Positions 21,312 through 30,356 of a stretch of DNA of 64,000 nt are shown here, piece by piece. The stretch is taken from positions 194,815 through 258,814 of the forward strand of contig CAVZSN010000010.1 of assembly GCA_963777945.1 (NCBI GenBank). The letters are read 5' to 3'. A program made the translations under genes and the position numbers. Numbering within the stretch: position 1 is the stretch's first letter; each line of letters begins with the position of its first letter. Source of the DNA: an uncultured Actinomycetota bacterium. GTDB lineage: Bacteria; Actinomycetota; Thermoleophilia; RBG-16-64-13. The notes under the pieces were generated by a model that was not told where the DNA came from, did no database searches, and was given only the letters and a program-made list of their open reading frames with translations.

Positions 21312-22379
21312 CTACTGAAACGCGTCCGTGGCTATGATCTCCTCGACGGCGGCGAGGTCCGCGGGGCAGTGGATGATGGGCCGGGATTGGTCGATCGCCG
21401 TCTGAGGATCCTTGAGGCCGTGACCCGTCAGCACGCAGACGAGGGTGTCGCCCTTGGGCAGCCCCTCGGCCCCGTACTTGAGCAATCCCGCCACGCTCGC
21501 CGCGGAAGCCGGCTCGCAGAAGACCCCTTCCTTCTGGGCTAGAAGGCGTTGCGCGGCGAGGATCTCCTCGTCGGTGACGTCTCGGATGACGCCCCCGGAG
21601 TCACGCGCAGCAGCGAGTGCCTCGTCGCCCCGCGCAGGGTTGCCGATACGGATGGCGGTGGCGATGGTCTCGGGCTTTTCCACCACGCACCCGCGTACGA
21701 GCGGGTTGGCTCCTTCGGCCTGGAACCCCCAGACCACGGGCAGTCTCTCGGCCAAGCCCCGGTCCCGATACTCGCGGAAGCCCTTCCAGTACGAGGTGAT
21801 GTTGCCGGCATTGCCCACGGGGATCGACAGCATGGCGGGAGCATCGCCGAGAGTGTCGACGATCTCGAAGGCGGCGGTCTTCTGCCCTTCGATCCGGTAG
21901 GGGTTGAGCGAGTTGACCAGGGTGATCCGCTGTCTCTCGGACAATTCCTTGACATACTCCAGAGCCAGATCGAAGTTGCCCTCGATGGCGATAGCGACCG
22001 CGCCGTGCATCAGGGCCTGCGAAAGCTTGCCCATGGCGATCTTGCCCTCGGGGATGAGCACCACGCATCTCAGCCCAGCACGAGCCGCGTATGCCGCTGC
22101 CGAGGCCGACGTGTTGCCGGTGGAAGCGCAGATGACGGCGGTGGCCTTTTCTTCCAGGGCCTTGGTGATGGCCACGGTCATCCCTCGGTCCTTGAAAGAC
22201 CCGGTGGGATTGGCCGCCTCGTACTTGAGGAAGACCCGGCAGCCCAGTTCCGCGCTCAACCACGGCGCGGGCACGAGCGGAGTACTGCCTTCGCCGAGAG
22301 TGGCCGGCACCGTGTCGGGTCTCAGAGGCAGAAAGTCGCGATATCTCTCGATCACGCCGAAGGGTGCCCCCGTGCCCAT
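21312..22379 (-). CDS. thrC: threonine synthase
   Basis: [11 protein letters not shown] ... [22 protein letters not shown] ... [19 protein letters not shown] ... [13 protein letters not shown] ... SIPVGNAGN. Confidence 0.93.
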   Translation of the reverse strand: MGTGAPFGVIERYRDFLPLRPDTVPATLGEGSTPLVPAPWLSAELGCRVFLKYEAANPTGSFKDRGMTVAITKALEEKATAVICASTGNTSASAAAYAARAGLRCVVLIPEGKIAMGKLSQALMHGAVAIAIEGNFDLALEYVKELSERQRITLVNSLNPYRIEGQKTAAFEIVDTLGDAPAMLSIPVGNAGNITSYWKGFREYRDRGLAERLPVVWGFQAEGANPLVRGCVVEKPETIATAIRIGNPARGDEALAAARDSGGVIRDVTDEEILAAQRLLAQKEGVFCEPASAASVAGLLKYGAEGLPKGDTLVCVLTGHGLKDPQTAIDQSRPIIHCPADLAAVEEIIATDAFQ

Positions 22380-23657
22380 CTAGAGCACCCTCAGCGTCAT
22401 GGCCGAGCTGCGGCAGCACGGGAGCGCATCGGTCTCGGCAATGGCCCCGAAGACGTTCTTCTCTTTGGTGGGGTGGGTGATCAGCACCAGCTCGGCCTCC
22501 GCCCCTCTCCCCTTCTGGATCATGCTGGCTATGGAGACCTCGTGCTCCCCGAACACCGACGCGATTTGCGCCAGTACGCCCGACCTGTCTTCGACGTTCA
22601 TCTTGATGAAGAAGGCCGACTCCACCTCGTCGGCCGGGAAGAAACCCAGCTCCCGATAGCAGGAGCAGCTCTGTAGGAAGCCCACGTCCTTGGTATTGGC
22701 GACCGACACGATATCGCTGACAACGGCCGTCGCGGTGGGTACCCCTCCCGCTCCCGGGCCCATGAGCATGATCTCCCCGATCTCGTCCCCCTGGAGGAAG
22801 ACGGCATTGTTGGAGCCGCTGATGGCCGCGAGCGGATGGGCTTCCGGCACCAAGGCGGGAAAGACACGCACGCTCACCCGGTTGTCGATAAGGCGTGCAG
22901 CGCCGACAAGCTTGACCGCAAACCCAAGATCCCTCGCGTAGCGCACATCGTCAAGGGTGATGTTCTGGATGCCCTCGTAGGCTACGTCGGTCAAGGTCAC
23001 GCGGGAATGGAAGGCGATCGAACCCAGGATGGCCATCTTCGCCGCCGCATCGGCGCCGCCGACATCCGCGGTGGGATCGGCCTCGGCATAGCCGAGCTCC
23101 TGGGCTTTGGCCAGGATGTCGGCGTAGTCGCCCTCCCCGTTGTACATCCGGGTGAGAATGTAGTTGGTGGTGCCGTTGACGATGCCGTAGACGGTCTTGA
23201 GCCCGGCGGCGATCATGCTCTCGCGCATCACCTTGATGATGGGGATGGCTCCCGCGACCGCGGCCTCGAACCGGAGGTGGCGCCGTTCGTTGCGGGCCAG
23301 AGTGAAGAGCGCCTCTCCCCGGGTGGCCAGCAGCTGCTTGTTGGCTGTGACCACGCTCTTGCCCGCACGCATCGCCGTGTCGACGAATTCGAAGGCGGCG
23401 CCGGTACCCCCGATGACTTCGACCACGATGTCGATGGAGGGATCGTTCACGATGTCGCCGAAATCGGCGGTGAACAAGCCCTGGGGAGCGTCGGCCGGCT
23501 TCTTGGCCGGGTCGATCTCCAGCACCCTGGTCACCTGAAGGTCCACTCCAGTGCCCTCCAGTATCCGGTCGTGCTCCTTCTGGATCAGCCGGTACACGCT
23601 CGACCCGATCGTGCCGAAACCCAGCAGACCAATACGCACGGCCCTATCCCGGCTCAT
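22380..23657 (-). CDS. hom: homoserine dehydrogenase (with C-terminal ACT domain)
   Basis: VRIGLLGFGTIGSSVYRLI ... VVTANKQLLA ... FEAAVAGAIPII ... GIVNGTTNYILT ... AQELGYAEADPTADVGGADAA ... MGPGAGG. Confidence 0.93.
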   Translation of the reverse strand: MSRDRAVRIGLLGFGTIGSSVYRLIQKEHDRILEGTGVDLQVTRVLEIDPAKKPADAPQGLFTADFGDIVNDPSIDIVVEVIGGTGAAFEFVDTAMRAGKSVVTANKQLLATRGEALFTLARNERRHLRFEAAVAGAIPIIKVMRESMIAAGLKTVYGIVNGTTNYILTRMYNGEGDYADILAKAQELGYAEADPTADVGGADAAAKMAILGSIAFHSRVTLTDVAYEGIQNITLDDVRYARDLGFAVKLVGAARLIDNRVSVRVFPALVPEAHPLAAISGSNNAVFLQGDEIGEIMLMGPGAGGVPTATAVVSDIVSVANTKDVGFLQSCSCYRELGFFPADEVESAFFIKMNVEDRSGVLAQIASVFGEHEVSIASMIQKGRGAEAELVLITHPTKEKNVFGAIAETDALPCCRSSAMTLRVL

Positions 23658-23675
23658 GCCGTCCCTCGCCTTTCG

Positions 23676-25001
23676 CTAGACTCTGTCGTGCAGCGGCTGG
23701 TGTTTGGCCACCAGATCCGAATAGCTCTCGCGCTCGATGATCACCCGGGCGCGCCCCTCGGTCACGAGGATTACCGCCGGCCGGGGGCTGCCGTTGTAGT
23801 TGGAGGCCATCGCAAAACAATAGGCGCCGGTGGCCGGCATCACGAAGATGTCCCCCGGCTCGGGCCTCGCGAGAACCGCGTCACGGATGAGGATATCCCC
23901 ACTCTCGCAATGCTTGCCCGCCACCGTGACCCTGGTCTCGGCAGGCATCCCGGCTTTGTTGGCAAGCATCCCTTCGTAACGCGCATCGTAGAGCATGGGC
24001 CGGATGTTGTCGCTCATGCCCCCGTCGACACTCACGTACGTGCGGACTCCGGGGATCTCCTTGATAGTGCCAACGGTGTAGGCCGTGATGCCGGCCTTGC
24101 CCACGATGGAGCGTCCGGGCTCTATCAGCACGCGCGGCATCGGAAGACCCCGCGCCGCCATCTCCTCGCGTACGCCTTCGACCTTGACCGCTGCGTAATC
24201 ACTGATGGATGAAGGGACATCTTCCTCTGTATAGCGGATACCGAGACCGCCGCCCACGTTCAGATAGCGGCAGTCGAACCCCAGATCCGCCTTGGCCTGG
24301 GCGATGAGACCCACGAGGATATCGATGGCCTTGCGGAACGCCTCCAGCTCGAATATCTGGCTGCCTATGTGCGCATGCAGACCGATCAGCTCCAGATGGG
24401 GCGCCGCCATGGCCTGTCTGATGGCGTCCAGAGCCACGCCGTCCGCCAGTCCGAAGCCGAACTTGGAATCGACCTGCCCCGTCTGCACGTAGGAATGCGT
24501 GTGGGCTTCGATGCCCGGGGTGATGCGGAGCAGCACTTTCTGGCGCACCCCGCGCTCAGCCACCAATTCCTCGAGGAGCCGCAGCTCCTGGAGACTGTCG
24601 ATCACGACGAAGCCGACTCCGCCCGAAAGAGCATAGTCGAGCTCCTGCCGGGTCTTGTTGTTGCCGTGGAAGAAGATCTTCTCGGGCGGATATCCTGCCA
24701 CCCTGGCCACGTGATACTCGCCGCCCGACGAGACGTCGATGGACAGGCCCTCTTCGCGGACCAGCTCGGCAATCGCCACACACGAAAAGGCCTTGCTCGC
24801 ATAGATGATCTCGAAATCCCGGGTGTGCTCGCCGAAGGCGCTCGTGTAACGCCGACACTGGTCGCGGATGGACTTCTCCTCGTAGACGAGTAGTGGCGTC
24901 CCGTACCGTCCGGCCAGGTCCACGACGTCGCAGCCGTCGATCTCGAGATGTCCGGCAGCGTTGTGAGACGCGGTGATGGGATAGACGAGCGTGTGGGTCA
25001 A
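23676..25001 (-). CDS. lysA: diaminopimelate decarboxylase
   Basis: GTPLLVYEE ... IYASKAFSCVAIAELV ... VSSGGE ... FHGNNK ... HAHIGSQI ... NVGGGLGI ... EPGRSIV ... GKHCESGD ... PATGAYCFAMASNYN. Confidence 0.93.
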   Translation of the reverse strand: MTHTLVYPITASHNAAGHLEIDGCDVVDLAGRYGTPLLVYEEKSIRDQCRRYTSAFGEHTRDFEIIYASKAFSCVAIAELVREEGLSIDVSSGGEYHVARVAGYPPEKIFFHGNNKTRQELDYALSGGVGFVVIDSLQELRLLEELVAERGVRQKVLLRITPGIEAHTHSYVQTGQVDSKFGFGLADGVALDAIRQAMAAPHLELIGLHAHIGSQIFELEAFRKAIDILVGLIAQAKADLGFDCRYLNVGGGLGIRYTEEDVPSSISDYAAVKVEGVREEMAARGLPMPRVLIEPGRSIVGKAGITAYTVGTIKEIPGVRTYVSVDGGMSDNIRPMLYDARYEGMLANKAGMPAETRVTVAGKHCESGDILIRDAVLARPEPGDIFVMPATGAYCFAMASNYNGSPRPAVILVTEGRARVIIERESYSDLVAKHQPLHDRV

Positions 25002-25070
25002 GACGGCCTCCAGACAGGAACCACGGGTACGTTACCACACAAGAGCAGGCTGGTAGAATGAGTATCCAGC

Positions 25071-25427
25071 ATGACCGAGCAGTCTCCCATCTTCTCCTAC
25101 TACCGGGGCACAAAAGATCCGAGTTTCGCCACCCGCACGGAGCTGGAAGCGGCCAAGCTGTTCGACTACCATCGCATCGCTTGGGAGTACGAGCCCCGCA
25201 CGTTCATTCTGGAGCAGGACGAGACGGGCAACATCCTCGAAGCCTTCTCCCCAGACTTCTACCTGCCGGATCTCGAGCTGTTCGTCGAGGTCACCGAGAT
25301 GAAGCAATCCCTGGTCACAGTGAAGAACCGCAAGGTCCGCAAGTTGCGTGAGAAGTATCCGGAGATCCGCATCAAGCTCTTGTACCGGAAGGACTTCGTC
25401 CGCATGGCGCAAAAGTACGGCCTATGA
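25071..25427 (+). CDS. small conserved-looking protein with a PD-(D/E)XK nuclease-like core (TnsA-N/DUF1064-like)
   Basis: 118-aa ORF, lower GC than its neighbours. TELEAAKLFD ... EAFSPDFYLPDLELFVEVTEMKQS fits an E...PD...E-x-K pattern. TGGTAGAAT extended -10 lies 11 nt before the ATG. Confidence 0.5.
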   Translation: MTEQSPIFSYYRGTKDPSFATRTELEAAKLFDYHRIAWEYEPRTFILEQDETGNILEAFSPDFYLPDLELFVEVTEMKQSLVTVKNRKVRKLREKYPEIRIKLLYRKDFVRMAQKYGL

Positions 25428-25434
25428 GGTCTTG

Positions 25435-25989
25435 ATGGCCGGCGCGATAGGCCCCATGTTCTTGAGTGCCGACGCCATCGCCCAGCGGGTGAAGGAGTTG
25501 GGCGCCGAGATAACTCGTGACTACGAGGGTCAGGAGCTGCTGCTCATCTCCATCCTCAAAGGTGCCGTGTTCTTCCTGGCCGACTTAGCGAGAGCTATCG
25601 AAGTGCCCCTGGAGATCGACTTCCTCAGCATCAGCTCTTACACGAAGGAGCACCACCAGACCGGTACGAAAGCCATCCGCTTTCTCAAGGATCTGGATCG
25701 ACCGGTCAAGGACAAGAACATCATCCTCGTGGAAGACATGATCGACTCCGGACTGACGCTTCACTACATCACCCGCTCGCTCGCGCTGCGAAAGCCGCAC
25801 TCCCTCGACGTCTGCACCCTCTTCGATCGCCCGGATCTCCGCCTCGTCGACATCGACGTGCGCTATCGCGGCTTCGAAGCGCCCGATGATTTCCTTGTGG
25901 GTTACGGGTTCGACTACGGCCAATCGTTTCGCAATCTTCCCTATGTTGCGTATCTCAAGGCCGACAACTACCAGCCCTCCCTCTTCTGA
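25435..25989 (+). CDS. hpt: hypoxanthine phosphoribosyltransferase
   Basis: LLISILKGAVFFLADLARAI ... IDFLSISSY ... NIILVEDMIDSGLTL (PRPP motif) ... DFLVGYGFDY. Confidence 0.9.
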   Translation: MAGAIGPMFLSADAIAQRVKELGAEITRDYEGQELLLISILKGAVFFLADLARAIEVPLEIDFLSISSYTKEHHQTGTKAIRFLKDLDRPVKDKNIILVEDMIDSGLTLHYITRSLALRKPHSLDVCTLFDRPDLRLVDIDVRYRGFEAPDDFLVGYGFDYGQSFRNLPYVAYLKADNYQPSLF

Positions 25990-26014
25990 CCGGCTTGGAA
26001 TGAGTTCTTAGAGC

Positions 26015-26812
26015 GTGCTCACCACCGACGTCCGCTTGCTGTCGGCTCGGACCCCCGGGCTTCCGCCCGATCTGGAGCTCGCGGCCACCCTTTACCTACC
26101 TCACGACATCTGCCCCGCGCCTGTGCCGGGACTCATCGTCGGCCACGGAGCGGGGAGCCACAGGCTCAGACATGACACGTTCTGTCGCGAGGCCTGCCTG
26201 CGCGGATTCGCCGTGCTCGCCCTCGACTTCAGAGGCCATGGGGACAGCACAGGAGCCGCCGACGGTCCACTGGAAGAGGATATCCTCGCTGCGGCCCGCT
26301 TCCTCCGCCGATACCCGGGGATCGACGACGCCCACATCTGCTACCGCGGATCGAGCATGGGCGGCTTCTACGGGCTGAAGGCGGCTTCCGAGGCACGCTT
26401 CACCGCCATGGTCCTCCTCTGCCCGGCCGGCGAGACAGTGATGCTCGCAGCTATCGACGACGCGGAGACGACGACCTGCGACACCGAACTCCCTAGCGCG
26501 GCCGCCGAGTCACAGACCGCTGCTTCCGCCCGCTGGGACGTCGCCGCGCTTCGCGCCTACTTTCAGCGGCAGGACAGCCGCCGACTGGCAGCTCGGGTCG
26601 GCTGCCCGACCTTGCTCGTTCACGTCCGGGACGATCCCGTGGTGCCTCTCGAACACTCACTCATGCTTGCCGCGGGACTTCGCGGAGATGCGACCTTGCT
26701 TGCCCTGGCCACAGGCACGCACACCACCGCCCAGCACGACCCGGCCGTCCACGCGCTGACTGCGTCGTGGTTGCTTGCTCAGATCAAGACCGCATGCACT
26801 GGACGTACTTGA
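26015..26812 (+). CDS. alpha/beta hydrolase (dienelactone-hydrolase-like)
   Basis: GLIVGHGAGSH ... LALDFRGHGDS ... YRGSSMGGFYGL (GxSxG nucleophile elbow) ... VHVRDDPVVP ... GTHTTA. Confidence 0.75.
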   Translation: MLTTDVRLLSARTPGLPPDLELAATLYLPHDICPAPVPGLIVGHGAGSHRLRHDTFCREACLRGFAVLALDFRGHGDSTGAADGPLEEDILAAARFLRRYPGIDDAHICYRGSSMGGFYGLKAASEARFTAMVLLCPAGETVMLAAIDDAETTTCDTELPSAAAESQTAASARWDVAALRAYFQRQDSRRLAARVGCPTLLVHVRDDPVVPLEHSLMLAAGLRGDATLLALATGTHTTAQHDPAVHALTASWLLAQIKTACTGRT

Positions 26813-27092
26813 AGAAGACGTCAAAGGCCTTCTCCAGCGCGACCGGGTCGAGTTCGACGCCCATCTCGTCTTCAAGACAGTCCTTCATGTGATGGCTGAT
26901 GAGATGAGTCCCCACCCTGTCGAGCGCCGACTTCGCGGCGGCCAACTGCGCGAGGATGTCCTCGCAATCCTTGCCCTCTTCGATCATCCGCTGTAGGCCA
27001 CGTACCTGGCCCTCGATCCGCGCGAGCCGATTGAGTATGCGCGCGTCGTCCTCGGTCATGGCCCGCTTGCCATCCGCTGCTTCAGCCGACAT
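26784..27092 (-). CDS. csoR: CsoR/RcnR/FrmR-family metal-sensing repressor
   Basis: ILNRLARIEGQVRGLQRMIEEGKDCEDILAQLAAAKSALDRVGTHLISHHMKDC: the W-x-y-z type C...H...C ligand pattern of the family. Confidence 0.85.
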   Translation of the reverse strand: MSAEAADGKRAMTEDDARILNRLARIEGQVRGLQRMIEEGKDCEDILAQLAAAKSALDRVGTHLISHHMKDCLEDEMGVELDPVALEKAFDVFFKYVQCMRS

Positions 27093-27148
27093 CCCCAGTC
27101 CTCCTCGGCCGCACGACCGATATCCGACGATTGCAGACAGTGCCGATG

Positions 27149-27164
27149 ATACTCACGGGGGTAC
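27149..27164. promoter_or_regulatory. possible CsoR operator upstream of csoR
   Basis: ATACTCACGGGGGTAC resembles the G-tract pseudo-palindrome ATACCC-N-GGGGGTAT of characterised CsoR boxes (memory). It lies ~57 nt upstream of the csoR ATG. Confidence 0.4.
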
Positions 27165-27202
27165 CCAGGAAGCAAGGGGACGCAAGAAGCGCGAAGGATA
27201 GA

Positions 27203-27278
27203 TGGAGCGGAGTACGGGGGTCGAACCCGCGACATCCAGCTTGGGAAGCTGGCACTCTACCAACTGAGTTAACTCCGC
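27203..27278 (-). tRNA. tRNA-Gly (anticodon CCC), CCA encoded
   Basis: Minus strand GCGGAGTTAACTCAGTTGGTAGAGTGCCAGCTTCCCAAGCTGGATGTCGCGGGTTCGACCCCCGTACTCCGCTCCA folds as a 7/4/5/5-bp cloverleaf. Anticodon loop TTCCCAA, T-loop TTCGACC. Confidence 0.93.
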
Positions 27279-27328
27279 CCGCCCCAGAGACCCTCGGAGG
27301 ATCACCGCACCGACTCTCGGGGGGCTAG

Positions 27329-27337
27329 ATTCTAGCA
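27329..27337 (-). promoter_or_regulatory. extended -10 (TGCTAGAAT), candidate promoter for tRNA-Gly
   Basis: Minus strand GTGCTAGAAT ~50 nt upstream of the mature tRNA 5' end. No good -35. Confidence 0.35.
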
Positions 27338-27472
27338 CAGCCGGTCCGAAGCCCGACCCGAGAGCTGCCCCGCTGGACCCGAGGCGATACGTACGCTTCG
27401 AGCGGACGCTGTATCCGCTCCCATCACCCGCAGCGACCGGTATATTTGGCGCCTGAGATGGGGCCGAAGGGG

Positions 27473-27660
27473 TTGACGAGACCGGCAGGCCGAGTACAAT
27501 ACTGTGCAGAGTCCCGAGAGCCCAGACGCAGCACCTGAGGAGCTTACAAGGGGACCCGCGGAGGAAACGCGAAGTTAAATGATCGCGGAGTACAGAGAAG
27601 CGGGGACGAAGTAAGAGCCGGTGAAAGGTGAAAAGCGAGTCCACTCGGGGCTCGTTTTTT
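27473..27660 (+). ncRNA. candidate ~150-nt purine-rich small RNA (promoter to intrinsic terminator); family not recognised
   Basis: TTGACG-16 nt-TACAAT (27473-27500), then a hairpin CGAGTCC-ACTCG-GGGCTCG (27636-27654) followed by TTTTTT (27655-27660). No plus-strand gene downstream. Confidence 0.35.
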
Positions 27661-27710
27661 GTCTGTTTCCGAGACTGCGCGCCCCCTCGGACTTGGCCCC
27701 TACGTCCTCG

Positions 27711-28550
27711 TCACCTCTGGCATTCCGGACAGTAGGCCGTCCCCCTCCCCCCGATCACGGTCCTCGCCAAAACCCCGCCACAGCGCCCACAGGGCAGTCC
27801 CTGTCTACCGTAGGCCTGCAGCCAATCCTGGAAGCTCCCCGCCCGTCCCTCGGTGTCGACGAAATCCGACAGCGAACAGCCAAGTAGTCTCACCCCCTCC
27901 GCCAGCCTGCGTCGTATCTCCTCGGCCAGACAGCACACCTGCTCTTCGACGAGAGACCCGGCCGGTCGAAGCGGCGAGAGCGCGGTCCACCACAGGATCT
28001 CGTCGGCGTAGATGTTGCCGATGCCTGCCAGATGACGCTGGTCCAGCAGGAAGGCCTTGAGGGGTGCAGTGCGCCGACCGAGCCGCCGACCGAGGTACTC
28101 CGCATCCCAGGCGCCCTTCCAAGCGTCCGGACCCAGAAGGGCCAGCCGAGGAGCAGCCGCGGCGGAGGTCAAGTGAAACCTGCCGAACTTCCGCGCATCG
28201 CGGAACTCGAGGCGCAGGAAGCCGGAGTCACCCGAGTGCCCGCCTTCGGACCTCGACAGCACGAACGCAAAACGCGTGTGGGTCCCACGATCTTCTGGGT
28301 CGATAAGTAGCTGGCCGGTCATACCGAGGTGGAGGGTGAGGAACAGGTCGTCGTCCAACACGACGATCAGAAACTTGCCCAGTCTGTCCACCCTCACTAT
28401 CCGACGGCCGGGAAGCAGCGAGGACACGTCCTCCGGACCGCAATCCCGAAGCATGAAGGGCTCGATCTGCTCAACCGTCGCAAAGGTCGCGCCCATCAGC
28501 CCCGCCTCGAGCTGACACCTTACCGTCTCGACTTCAGGCAGCTCCGGCAC
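27711..28550 (-). CDS. mutM: formamidopyrimidine-DNA glycosylase (Fpg/Nei family)
   Basis: MPELPEVETVR ... HLGMTG ... LLDQRHLAGIGNIYADEILW ... C-terminal zinc finger CGRCGG ... CPECQ. Confidence 0.9.
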   Translation of the reverse strand: MPELPEVETVRCQLEAGLMGATFATVEQIEPFMLRDCGPEDVSSLLPGRRIVRVDRLGKFLIVVLDDDLFLTLHLGMTGQLLIDPEDRGTHTRFAFVLSRSEGGHSGDSGFLRLEFRDARKFGRFHLTSAAAAPRLALLGPDAWKGAWDAEYLGRRLGRRTAPLKAFLLDQRHLAGIGNIYADEILWWTALSPLRPAGSLVEEQVCCLAEEIRRRLAEGVRLLGCSLSDFVDTEGRAGSFQDWLQAYGRQGLPCGRCGGVLARTVIGGRGTAYCPECQR

Positions 28551-28559
28551 GCGGCCGCT

Positions 28560-30339
28560 CTACATGCTCTCCGGCGTACTCACGCCCAGCAGATGGAGGC
28601 AGCGGGCGATGACCGTCTTCGTGACAAGGCAGAGCGCCAGTCTCGACGACGCCTCAGCGGGGGGAACGCCGATCACCCGACAATGCTTGTAGAAGACATG
28701 GAAGTCCCCTGCCAGATCTTGGGCGAAGGCTGCGATGCGGTGTGGAGCCCGCCTCTCGGCCGAATCCTGGACCACCCAGGCGAAGCTTTCCAGCCGCTTG
28801 ATCAGGTCGCGCTCGTAGGGCGAGGCGAACACGGCAGGGTCGGCGGGTACACCGGCCTCGGAGCCGACGGACAGGTTGCGCAGGATGCTCGCGATGCGGG
28901 CGTGGGCGTACTGGACGTAGTACACGGGGTTTTCCTGCGACTGCTGCGCGCGCAAGCCCAATATCGAGGTCGAGGGTCTGGTCGTGCGAGCGCATGACCA
29001 GGAAGAACCGAGCGGCATCGACCCCGATGGCCTCGATGAGTTCCGCTAGGGTCACCATCTCCCCCCGCCGGGTCGACATCTGCCGCAACTCGCCCTGCTC
29101 CAGCAGGTTCACCAGCTGTCCGATGATGACCTCCAACACCCCAGGACGGCCCGCGAGGATCTCCACTGCGGCGTTCATGCGGGGTACGTAGCCGTGGTGG
29201 TCGGCGCCCCAGATGTTGATGAGGTGCTCGAACCCGCGCTCGAGCTTGTTCTCGTGGTACGCGATGTCGGCGGCGAAATAGGTGGGCCTGCCGTTGCCCC
29301 GGATGAGGACGCGGTCCTTGTCGTCACCGCGAGATGTGGTCCTCAGCCAGACGGCCCCACCATCCCGATAGGCTTCTCCTCGCTCGAGCAGCGCGGAGAT
29401 GATCCTGTCCAGGTCGCCCCCCGTGTGCAGCGTGGTCTCGCTGAACCAGCAGTCGAACTCCACTCCGAACGTGGCCAGTTCCTGTCGCATCTCCTCCAGC
29501 ATCAGGGCACACCCACGCTGGCGGAAGAACAACACCGCTTCATCGACGGCAGGGTCGGGCGGCCACTCGGACTGGGCTTCGCTCTCCTCCTCGTCGTCCA
29601 TATCGACAACCGCTCCGTCCGCCGCGCCCGGCTCGAGCCGGGCGCCGCCCGCGGCGAGGCCGGCGGCGGCGATGGACAGCGCCGGCGCGAACCGGTCCCC
29701 ACACTCGCCCCCGATGGTGGCGGCGATGTCTTTGACATATTCACCCTGGTAGCCATCGCTCGGCACCGGAAGATCCAGGCCCAGCGACTGAGCATAGCGA
29801 GCGGCGACGCTCCGCCCGAACCGATCCATCTGCCGGCCGTGGTCATTGATATAGAACTCGGTGGAGACGCGGGAGCCGCTGAAGCTCAGGAGACGATACA
29901 GGGCATCTCCGTAGGCCGCGTACCTGCCGTGGCCCACGTGGAGCGGCCCGTTGGGATTGACGCTCACGAACTCCAGGTTCACCCTGGGGTGAGCCTTCTC
30001 TTCGCCGCGCCCTATGCCCTCCCCTTCGGCGAGCATCCCCCGCATTACCTGGGCATAGGCGGTCCCGGCCAGGGCGAAGTTCAGGAAGCCCGGGCCGGCG
30101 ATCTCGATGCGGTCCACCAGGAGCGAGATCTCAGGGTCGGCCAGCAGACGCATGCGCAGTTCTTCGGCGAGAAGTCCTGGACCCCGCTTGGCCGTCTTGG
30201 CGAGCTGCATGCAGAGCGGAGTGGCGTAGTCGCCGTGCGCGGGGTCGGCGGGGCGCTCGAGACGGACGTCCGGCAGTTCCTGCCAGCCGTGCTCCGCAGC
30301 CCACTGCGTCACTACCCTCTGCACCAGTTCGGTTATCAA
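28560..30339 (-). pseudogene. argS: arginine--tRNA ligase, one frameshift near 28990 (TTG start behind GAGAGGA)
   Basis: EFVSVNPNGPLHVGHGRYAAYGDAL ... INDHGRQM ... TYFAADIAYHENK ... NIWGADHHGYV ... MSTRRGEMV, then NPVYYVQYAHARIASILRN ... in a second frame. Confidence 0.9.
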
Positions 30340-30356
30340 GGCGGCTCTTGTCCTCT

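Noticed and set aside
27279-27710. Whether the non-coding gap is RNase P RNA, tmRNA, SRP RNA, 6S RNA or a c-di-AMP (ydaO) riboswitch.
   Set aside because: It lacks the hallmarks of these families. There is no GAGGAAAGTCCGGGC / ACAGAACCCGGCTTA pair (RNase P). There is no tRNA-like GGGG...TCCACCA ends (tmRNA). There is no GGAAGGnAGCA SRP motif. A GGGGACCC block recalls ydaO, but the ACCCG...CAGCTAACC part is missing and no gene follows on that strand. 6S cannot be judged by eye, so the call is kept only as an unclassified candidate sRNA.
27153-27887. ORFs 27153-27644(-) 163 aa and 27621-27887(+) 88 aa in the tRNA/fpg intergenic area.
   Set aside because: The first runs antisense through the tRNA gene and the candidate sRNA, with low-complexity Ser/Pro/Leu/Arg composition. 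The second starts inside the terminator hairpin and overlaps the fpg 3' end antisense. Neither has a ribosome-binding site or recognisable motifs.
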